IMG/VR virus record: IMGVR_UViG_3300015615_000196
Coordinates: 256,001 to 320,000 of that record
Source of the DNA: a virus
Taxonomy: Duplodnaviria; Caudoviricetes
Strand: one strand, 5' to 3'
DNA: 64,000 nt
Below are positions 40,412 through 46,503 of the stretch, in pieces (the first letter of the stretch is position 1; the number at the start of each line of letters is the position of its first letter). The notes beneath the pieces were generated by a model. The model saw nothing but the letters and a program-made list of their open reading frames with translations, was not told where the DNA came from and made no database searches. Both the position numbers and the translations under genes were made by a program.

Positions 40412-40611
40412 ATGTTTCAAAAGACGTAACAATTACCCTCACTCCGAAAGAAGCAGAGAAGATCATCCTTGATCATTTGAATTCTACTCATGCAGGATTC
40501 AATATGAAAACCGTTCACTTTGACATTAAAAGAGAATACGGTGAGTATGGCGATCACAGTGAGTATCACAGCTTAGGCGAAGTAAGATGTGAAGGAAAAC
40601 TTGTTGGGTAA
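40408..40611 (+). CDS. Hypothetical protein
   Basis: Coupled ORF. Confidence 0.5.
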   Translation: MNVSKDVTITLTPKEAEKIILDHLNSTHAGFNMKTVHFDIKREYGEYGDHSEYHSLGEVRCEGKLVG

Positions 40612-40698
40612 TCAACGTTTTCTCTTTTGAGAAATCGAATAGATGATACCACTGATGATTAGGATTGCATAGAATGCAATGAAGCAGTATACAAACAT
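40612..40698 (-). CDS. 28-aa TM micropeptide
   Basis: MFVYCFIAFYAILIISGIIYSISQKRKR; starts directly after upstream TAA. Confidence 0.4.
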   Translation of the reverse strand: MFVYCFIAFYAILIISGIIYSISQKRKR

Positions 40699-41115
40699 TT
40701 AATCGCCACCTCCCGAAGAGCATCCACTGCTTCCGCTATCGTGACTACTGCTGTCATGTGAATGACTATGAGAGTCATCACTTGAATGATGATGGTTGTC
40801 GTCATTCGAATCGTGATGATGGTTGTCGTCATTCGAATCGTGACGGTGATTGCTTCGATGACTGTCTTCTTCTGATGAATTATTCCACACCGAAATTGGA
40901 CTGATGGGACTCAAAGGGTTGAGAGGATTCAGGAAATCATCATCGTTTCTACGTGTGAGATTTTTAACATGTTCTTCATGTTCACGGATACGATCCATGC
41001 GTTTCTTACGAGCAGCTTGCCACTGTGCATGTTCTTTTTCCCATGCTTCGTGTTCTTTGCGTTTACGTTCCTCTTCTCTTTTTTTAGAGGACTTGAAGAT
41101 ACTGAATAATCCCAT
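40699..41115 (-). CDS. Protein with His/Asp/Ser-rich low-complexity tail
   Basis: Likely start MGLFSIFK just downstream of tRNA-Leu; HHHDSNDDN repeats; ends SSGCSSGGGD. Confidence 0.6.
   Translation of the reverse strand: MGLFSIFKSSKKREEERKRKEHEAWEKEHAQWQAARKKRMDRIREHEEHVKNLTRRNDDDFLNPLNPLSPISPISVWNNSSEEDSHRSNHRHDSNDDNHHHDSNDDNHHHSSDDSHSHSHDSSSHDSGSSGCSSGGGD
40790..40843. repeat. Perfect 27-bp tandem duplication
   Basis: tgatggttgtcgtcattcgaatcgtga x2. Confidence 0.85.
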
Positions 41116-41132
41116 ATTCGTTTTGTTTTTTG

Positions 41133-41218
41133 TAGCACTGACGGGAATCGAACCCATACGTCCATTACTGAACACCAGATTTTAAGTCTGGCTTGTCTAC
41201 CAGTTCCAACACAGTGCC
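41133..41218 (-). tRNA. tRNA-Leu(TAA)
   Basis: Acceptor GGCACTG/CAGTGCT, anticodon arm CCAGA-CTTAAAA-TCTGG, long variable arm, TTCGATT T-loop, A73; no encoded CCA. Confidence 0.92.
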
Positions 41219-41225
41219 GAAGACT

Positions 41226-41474
41226 TTAGTCTTTCTTCTTAACCGTGTTTGTTTGCGTTGCTTTTAAGAGCAAGCTGAACACCCACACAATCTTTACTGA
41301 TTGCCACCATGTTAAGGTTGCAGCCAATACACCGCTTTCAATTGCCTTCGGGAACATTGCAGTAATGGAATCCTCCCAAATAAGCCACAGGGCAGTACCG
41401 CCCAAAACTGACATAACACATACTAAAAATAGGGCCACCACAATGAACCCTACGCCTTCCATGAAATCACTCAT
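41226..41474 (-). CDS. Small membrane protein
   Basis: Two TM helices. Confidence 0.6.
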   Translation of the reverse strand: MSDFMEGVGFIVVALFLVCVMSVLGGTALWLIWEDSITAMFPKAIESGVLAATLTWWQSVKIVWVFSLLLKATQTNTVKKKD

Positions 41475-41490
41475 AATTGTAGTTGTTTAA

Positions 41491-41709
41491 CTACGTAATA
41501 ATAGCAATTCCTTTTTTAATTTCAAAATTCGAACAGTAGCCTTTCATCACGAATCGTGGTTGGCGTTTGCTGATGTGTCCGTAAGTCGGTACACCACATA
41601 CTACGTTATCAACAATGTGACAGGTCTTGTTGTAGTGTACCGAAATCTTGCAACGTCCTGCGCTTTGGGATGCAGGTTTATTGAAGTGAAAGAAGAATGC
41701 TTTTTTCAT
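41491..41709 (-). CDS. Hypothetical protein
   Basis: FFFHFNKPAS...QPRFVMKG; TAG stop. Confidence 0.6.
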   Translation of the reverse strand: MKKAFFFHFNKPASQSAGRCKISVHYNKTCHIVDNVVCGVPTYGHISKRQPRFVMKGYCSNFEIKKGIAIIT

Positions 41710-42209
41710 ACGAGTGCGAGATCGGCCTTGACCTTTTTCAATTGGTCTTCAAGGTCTTTCTTCTTTGCATTGAGAACTTTTTTCTGAATGGTCTTCTCAT
41801 TGAATTTCTCGGCATGGAGACGACCATTGAGAACTTGCTTTTCAATCTCGTTGAATGCTGAGATCGTAGTGTTCTCTACGTTGGTCTTCTTTTCAATTGC
41901 ATTGTAGTCGTAGAAGTCCCATTCCAATTTGATCGGAATCAAAACTGATCCACGATCAGTCTGATATGGCTTTCCACCGTTGAGCGTAAATGCGTTCAAC
42001 TTGAAGTATGCTTCTTCACCCTTTGCATTCAAACGCTTGAACCATTTCTGTTGCATGACGAATGAGTTCAACGAGTCGTTGACATACTTGATGATGAATT
42101 CAGGTGACTTTCTCAACGATGTGAGAATGACACGTCTTTCTTTATCCAATGCTCCGAGGCGTTGGCAAAGTTTTTCGTATTCTGAACTTTTTGTTGCGCG
42201 AGTTGCCAT
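41706..42209 (-). CDS. Hypothetical protein
   Basis: ORF after ECF-like promoter at 42230-42254. Confidence 0.6.
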   Translation of the reverse strand: MATRATKSSEYEKLCQRLGALDKERRVILTSLRKSPEFIIKYVNDSLNSFVMQQKWFKRLNAKGEEAYFKLNAFTLNGGKPYQTDRGSVLIPIKLEWDFYDYNAIEKKTNVENTTISAFNEIEKQVLNGRLHAEKFNEKTIQKKVLNAKKKDLEDQLKKVKADLALV

Positions 42210-42229
42210 ATTTTTATGCTTTGCTGTAT

Positions 42230-42254
42230 TGTACGTAAAATTACGAAAAAGGTT
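42230..42254 (-). promoter_or_regulatory. ECF-sigma-like promoter
   Basis: AACCTTTTTCGTAATTTTACGTACA. Confidence 0.7.
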
Positions 42255-42260
42255 GGAAGA

Positions 42261-42540
42261 AAGTAGCAGGAATGTGGCGGCTTATGAACAGTCGCATTGC
42301 TTTTCGTGGCATTTCGGACATCCCGAAGTAATGGGTTAATAGTCCTCATGTTCTCCACTGTGGTTATATCACCACATTCCCCCTTACGTTATCCTTGTCC
42401 CTGTTAAGACAGGTGAGCCATTGCTGGCAAGTTCCCTTATCGGTTTGCTACAGTCCTGTGGTGTGCAAGAGCACGTTTCAGGGCGTGGGATGAAAAATTC
42501 GCCCTACAGTGTCAGTGGATTGTCTACCAATCCTCTACCT
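42261..42540 (-). ncRNA. ~280-nt highly structured RNA of unknown class
   Basis: Closing AGGTAG/CTACTT; hairpins GGATTG/CAATCC, AGGGCG/CGCCCT, GTGC/GCAC, GCCA-GCAA-TGGC, CCTGT/ACAGG and TTCGG/CCGAA; long-range GGAATGTGG/CCACATTCC. Confidence 0.6.
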
Positions 42541-42550
42541 ATTTTTCAAG

Positions 42551-42621
42551 TGGATACTGGATGATTCGAACATCCGTTAACCCCCTCAATGGGGCCGTTC
42601 TAACCGCTAAACTAAGTACCC
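42551..42621 (-). tRNA. Atypical tRNA with 6-nt anticodon loop (ATTGAG; possibly degenerate Gln-TTG)
   Basis: GGGTACT/AGTATCC acceptor, GTTT/GAAC D-stem, GCCCC/GGGGT anticodon stem, GGATG-TTCGAAT-CATCC T-arm. Confidence 0.7.
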
Positions 42622-42626
42622 GTTTT

Positions 42627-42795
42627 CGGGAAGGTTCGGAGTTCCACACGAACCTCTCCATACCTAATTCTGAATGTCGTGTGCGCTTCACAGCTACTCC
42701 CCTTGGATTAATGGTTTTCGATGGCCAATGGCTCCCCGCACAACGAGTACAAAACTTCAAACGGTATGGCGCATTCATACTATGCTACCTTTCCC
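42627..42795 (-). ncRNA. tRNA-shaped RNA with ~98-nt insert replacing the anticodon loop
   Basis: GGGAAAGG/CCTTCCC acceptor, GCAT/ATGC D-stem, CCATACC/GGTATGG stem, degenerate T-arm TTCG(T)G-TGGAACT-CCGAA. Confidence 0.65.
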
Positions 42796-42797
42796 TG

Positions 42798-42865
42798 ACA
42801 CAACTTCACGCACTGCGTAACCAATGCATCATGGCCGATTTACGTCAACCACTTCGAAGTTATGT
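42798..42865 (-). ncRNA. 68-nt three-way-junction RNA with complementary loops
   Basis: P1 ACATAACTTCG/TGAAGTTGTGT; P2 GTGGTTGA/TCGGCCAT, loop CGTAAA; P3 TGCATTG/CAGTGCG, loop GTTACG. Confidence 0.7.
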
Positions 42866-42868
42866 TTG

Positions 42869-42980
42869 TGGGAAGGGATGGACTTGAACCACCAACCTCT
42901 CAGCTTTGCGATCTGTAAAGATGCATACCATTGCATTTGATTTCCGCATCACTGAGTTCTCTAACTTGAGATACCTTCCC
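42869..42980 (-). ncRNA. tRNA-shaped RNA with 48-nt anticodon-loop insert (intron-like)
   Basis: GGGAAGG/CCTTCCC acceptor, TCTC/GAGA D-stem, CTCAG/CTGAG anticodon stem, GGTGG-TTCAAGT-CCATC T-arm. Confidence 0.75.
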
Positions 42981-42983
42981 ATT

Positions 42984-43095
42984 TCAGGAGCGTCATGCGG
43001 TCATTGATTGTGTGGAGGCTTTAGCCTAATTTCGATGCATGAACACCTCACCACTAAAACATTTCTGCGTTTCAATCAACAACCCTTTCTCCTGA
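42984..43095 (-). ncRNA. ~112-nt structured RNA
   Basis: TCAGGAG/CTCCTGA closing stem, TTGTTGATTG/CAATCAATGA stem, AGGC-TAAA-GCCT hairpin. Confidence 0.55.
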
Positions 43096-43103
43096 CCTTT
43101 TAT

Positions 43104-43209
43104 ACTGCTAAACATCACCGATGTGTTCATTCCATAACAGATACTGTTGCTCGATCAAAGACTTGGTTTAGTGCCAAAATTGCTCGACAGTACTCGATGT
43201 CTGTACAGT
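43104..43209 (-). ncRNA. ~106-nt structured RNA
   Basis: ACTGT/GCAGT, GTACTGT/ACAGTAT, TTTGG-CACTAAA-CCAAG, ACATC-GGT-GATGT. Confidence 0.45.
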
Positions 43210-43220
43210 TGGATTTCTTG

Positions 43221-43292
43221 CGCGGATACCCGGATTCGAACCGAGGTCAAGGGATTTAGAGTCCCCTGTTCTGACCACTAAACTATATCCAC
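43221..43292 (-). tRNA. Amber suppressor tRNA (anticodon CTA)
   Basis: GTGGATA/TATCCGC acceptor, GTTT/GAAC D-stem, GGGGA-CTCTAAA-TCCCT anticodon arm, CTCGG-TTCGAAT-CCGGG T-arm, G73. Confidence 0.92.
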
Positions 43293-43303
43293 GTATGTTC
43301 CTT

Positions 43304-43329
43304 TATACGAAAAAAGGGGACGCAAGGTT
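43304..43329 (-). promoter_or_regulatory. ECF-sigma-like promoter of the RNA operon (17-nt spacer)
   Basis: AACCTTGCGTCCCCTTTTTTCGTATA, 11 nt upstream of the suppressor tRNA. Confidence 0.7.
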
Positions 43330-43335
43330 GTTACC

Positions 43336-43539
43336 TTACTCCCCTTTATTTTCAATTTTTTCTCCGATCTCCGTGATCATGAGCGTCATCAAAATGCCGA
43401 AGCTATACCACGATTGAAGTACAGTTTTGAAGAATACTTCGTTATCAGGTTCAGTCTTCTCGACAATTGAAATTCCTTTCAATGCACCAGCAGTTGCAAA
43501 TACACCTGCGAGATAAATACCAAATAATGTCCACCACAT
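43336..43539 (-). CDS. Small membrane protein
   Basis: Two hydrophobic helices. Confidence 0.55.
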   Translation of the reverse strand: MWWTLFGIYLAGVFATAGALKGISIVEKTEPDNEVFFKTVLQSWYSFGILMTLMITEIGEKIENKGE

Positions 43540-43563
43540 AGTAATGCAAATAAAGGGAAAATT

Positions 43564-43719
43564 TTAGTCAATAGCAACCTTTTGACGGCAAGCGTTTTTG
43601 TTGGCTTTCTTCTTCTTGTCGGTTGTTACCATCGGTTTAGGCATACGGTTCGTCTCACGGCTAACTCGTTTAGCCATTTTAAGACGATCCATGTTCGTTA
43701 TTTTGTATGTCTTTGCCAT
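43564..43719 (-). CDS. Small basic protein (51 aa, not in ORF track)
   Basis: MAKTYKITNMDRLKMAKRVSRE...DKKKKANKNACR; GTATTTAT motif just upstream. Confidence 0.55.
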   Translation of the reverse strand: MAKTYKITNMDRLKMAKRVSRETNRMPKPMVTTDKKKKANKNACRQKVAID

Positions 43720-43734
43720 TGTGGTAATAAATAC

Positions 43735-44061
43735 TTACTCGGTGAGTGCTTCGTAGCGTTGACGAATGACTGCCGAATCACGTTTGATCAGTAGTTCATT
43801 CTGTACGTATAACCGAAGATAAATTGAGTCGATGATATTTTGTTTCATGCCCTTGCACTTGTACAGGTCAAGAGTTACTGAACTTTTTTCAATGCGAGAG
43901 ATACGAGCCAAATTCATGATTTGGTAGTCCTTGAGAATATCTTTGAGAACCATTTCGTGATTGGCTGCTTTTAAATCACGAACGCTGAGAGCAAGTTGCG
44001 TAGTGCTGGTGGCTAAGGCCACAACGACTAAAAAAATGACGATTTTGAACGAATTTTTCAT
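43735..44061 (-). CDS. Secreted/anchored hypothetical protein
   Basis: Signal-like N-terminus; ECF-like promoter at 44069-44093. Confidence 0.55.
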   Translation of the reverse strand: MKNSFKIVIFLVVVALATSTTQLALSVRDLKAANHEMVLKDILKDYQIMNLARISRIEKSSVTLDLYKCKGMKQNIIDSIYLRLYVQNELLIKRDSAVIRQRYEALTE

Positions 44062-44130
44062 TTGAGTATATACGCAAAATTATTTGTTTTGTTGCGCAAA
44101 AGCCCTATTTTTACAGAAATTATTTTTAGC

Positions 44131-44382
44131 ATGGATGCACTAACACAAAAAGCATATCTTGTCGGAGTTCATCGACACTCATATAGAGCGGGAGAAGTTG
44201 CAGAAATCATTGCAGTGAAATGGGCGAAGCCAACAGGACACGATTGGAGACTCGTGTATGAGGTTCAATTTTTTGATGGTGACACCGATCTAATTCCGTA
44301 CCTTGATGTTGAAGGTGGTAACGCAGTAATCATTTCCGATCTGGAATTATCTCAAGGGAAAATTCCAGAAGTTTGTCAGTAA
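44131..44382 (+). CDS. Hypothetical protein
   Basis: Likely start MDALTQKAY. Confidence 0.55.
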   Translation: MDALTQKAYLVGVHRHSYRAGEVAEIIAVKWAKPTGHDWRLVYEVQFFDGDTDLIPYLDVEGGNAVIISDLELSQGKIPEVCQ

Positions 44383-45059
44383 AAGAGAAGCACACTGAGA
44401 AGTCGATGCTCAAAGCAGTCCACAATTATTTTTCAGGTGATTATAAGTACTGCTTGAAGAATTCATTTGTGTTCAGACATGATTGGGAGTCGGATTACTT
44501 TTGTGTGAATAGGGAAGGATACGCATACGAGATTGAAGTGAAGATCAGCAAGAAAGACTTCAAACTCGATTTTAAAAAGGAGAAGCATAAACTGTTTGAG
44601 GATTACTCGGCAGTACAGAAGGGAAGGCTCACACCGAACAGATTTTACTATGCTGTTCCAAAAGACCTACTTACTGAGGAAGACATTCCGAAATATGCTG
44701 GTCTGATATATGTGGATGGGTCACACATGAACATAGTGAAACGTGCACCATTCATACACAAGACCAAGCACGATTATCGGAAAATACTTTGTGATAAGTT
44801 CTACTACCAGTTGCTTGCTAAGAGAAAGGAACTGAACATCATAGAGTATGACAAAGAGTCGTTGGAAAAGAAAATTCAGAACTTTTGGATTAATTCTTTT
44901 ACCTTTGAGAAACAATCTTGGGAGATTCTGTCGATTGACTTCAAGAACAAGAAGGTAACAGGAGAATCGATGCCATACTACGATAAGCACAATCACTACA
45001 AATTGGTGAAAGGTGAGGAAGTGAGAGAATTTGATTTTAAGGACGTAAAATTTAAATGA
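44373..45059 (+). CDS. PD-(D/E)XK nuclease, MmcB-like
   Basis: ESD...YEIEVKISKKDF..D..K, PNRFYYAVP, PKYAGLI. Confidence 0.75.
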   Translation: MSVKEKHTEKSMLKAVHNYFSGDYKYCLKNSFVFRHDWESDYFCVNREGYAYEIEVKISKKDFKLDFKKEKHKLFEDYSAVQKGRLTPNRFYYAVPKDLLTEEDIPKYAGLIYVDGSHMNIVKRAPFIHKTKHDYRKILCDKFYYQLLAKRKELNIIEYDKESLEKKIQNFWINSFTFEKQSWEILSIDFKNKKVTGESMPYYDKHNHYKLVKGEEVREFDFKDVKFK

Positions 45060-46384
45060 TGGAAAAAGTAACATTCAAATACGAAGGAGAGGACATTACA
45101 ATTGAGTTGACAGACGAGTTCGCAAGAGCGCACGAATTGCTTGAAACCACTGATGAAAGTTTTTTCATAACTGGAAAGGCAGGAACTGGTAAATCAACTT
45201 TGCTCAAGTACTTTCGTTCTCAAACCAAAAAGAATGTTGCTGTTGTTGCTTTCACTGGTCTCGCTGCAATTAACGTAGACGGACAAACAATCCATTCGTT
45301 CTTTGGATTCCCAATTGGTTTCATTCATCCTAATGCAATCAAGTTCAATGATGAACTTCAATATTTGCTTAGGACATTAGATACCATTGTAGTTGATGAA
45401 GTGTCAATGCTTCGTGCAGACTTGATGGATGCAATGGATAAGTCTCTTCGTATTCATCGTGGTGTTACCAAACCTTTTGGTGGTGCACAAATGATTTTCA
45501 TAGGTGACTTGTACCAATTGCCACCTATTGTAGAGAGAGACTTGACTGACGTATATGGCAAGTACTACAAGACCCCGTATTTTTTCAGTGCAGACGTTTT
45601 CTCGCACATGAGACTCCCGTATATTAATCTTGAAAAAATACATCGTCAGAACGATCCTGAGTTCATCGGTATTCTGAATGCGATTCGTGAAAGAAGGGAT
45701 TTGACTCCGGCACTTAATCGTCTCAATCAAAATGTCTCATACGACTTCAATGATTTGAAGGCCGGAGAAACAGTGGTGCTTTCAACCACGAACGAAAAGG
45801 TTAGAGAAATCAACAATTTCTTTCTTGACAATCTAAACGTTCAAGCGTATTCCTTTGCAGCAAACATCGGTGGTGACTTCGATCCCAAGTCGTATCCCAC
45901 AGAGGAACGTTTGTATTTGAAGGAAGGTGCAAAGGTCATGTTCGTGAAAAACGATCCTGACAAATATTTTGTAAATGGTGACATTGGTATTGTAACAAAA
46001 CTCACTCCATTTTCAATTGAAGTGAAAGTGAAGGGAAGTACGTTGGTCGTGAAGAAACAGAAGTGGGAAAAAATTAAATACAAATACGTTCCTTCTGATC
46101 AAGAAGGTGAACGTGGATCGGTTCAGAAAACCATCGTTGGTTCATTCGAACAGTATCCTCTACGTCTTGCATGGGCGATCACCGTACACAAAAGTCAGGG
46201 TCAGACATACAACAAAGTTTTCATTGACTTGCATACTGGTAGCTTCACTTCTGGTCAAACGTATGTGGCACTTTCACGCTGCAAAACCCTTGACGGCATC
46301 AAATTGCAACGGCCAATTCGGGAGAGCGATGTCATTCTGGATCAGCGCATTACGGAGTTCGCGAGAACCTTCCAGAGTATGTAA
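45056..46384 (+). CDS. PIF1/RecD-like SF1B helicase
   Basis: TGKAGTGKS, GQTIHSFF, VDEVSM, GDLYQLPP, AITVHKSQGQT, YVALSR. Confidence 0.93.
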   Translation: MMEKVTFKYEGEDITIELTDEFARAHELLETTDESFFITGKAGTGKSTLLKYFRSQTKKNVAVVAFTGLAAINVDGQTIHSFFGFPIGFIHPNAIKFNDELQYLLRTLDTIVVDEVSMLRADLMDAMDKSLRIHRGVTKPFGGAQMIFIGDLYQLPPIVERDLTDVYGKYYKTPYFFSADVFSHMRLPYINLEKIHRQNDPEFIGILNAIRERRDLTPALNRLNQNVSYDFNDLKAGETVVLSTTNEKVREINNFFLDNLNVQAYSFAANIGGDFDPKSYPTEERLYLKEGAKVMFVKNDPDKYFVNGDIGIVTKLTPFSIEVKVKGSTLVVKKQKWEKIKYKYVPSDQEGERGSVQKTIVGSFEQYPLRLAWAITVHKSQGQTYNKVFIDLHTGSFTSGQTYVALSRCKTLDGIKLQRPIRESDVILDQRITEFARTFQSM

Positions 46385-46386
46385 GC

Positions 46387-46411
46387 AACTTTTTTCGATT
46401 TTTTCCGTATA
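46387..46411 (+). promoter_or_regulatory. ECF-sigma-like promoter
   Basis: AACTTTTTTCGATTTTTTCCGTATA. Confidence 0.65.
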
Positions 46412-46503
46412 TTTGGTTCTGTAAACTACACCATTATGGGACGTGTTATTTCTTGGATTCTTTTGGTGATTATTATGATCTGTTTCTTTTTAATGCTAAC
46501 AAA

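Noticed and set aside
41116-41175. N-terminal extension of the ORF 40699-41175
   Set aside because: It overlaps tRNA-Leu; ATG at 41115 is the plausible start.
42261-42540. RNase P RNA, tmRNA, SRP RNA or group I/II intron identity
   Set aside because: The hallmark sequences (GAGGAAAGTCC with the 3' P4 strand, an alanyl acceptor end, the SRP helix 8 motif, P7 or domain V) were not found in the right order or strand.
42798-42865. Hammerhead ribozyme or purine riboswitch
   Set aside because: No CUGANGA/GAAA core, and the junction strands are too short for a purine-binding pocket.
42113-43259. ORF-track frames 42113-42358, 42539-42778, 42561-42887 and 43008-43259
   Set aside because: They overlap clear tRNA or tRNA-like folds, have atypical composition and are not coupled to neighbours; treated as shadow ORFs.
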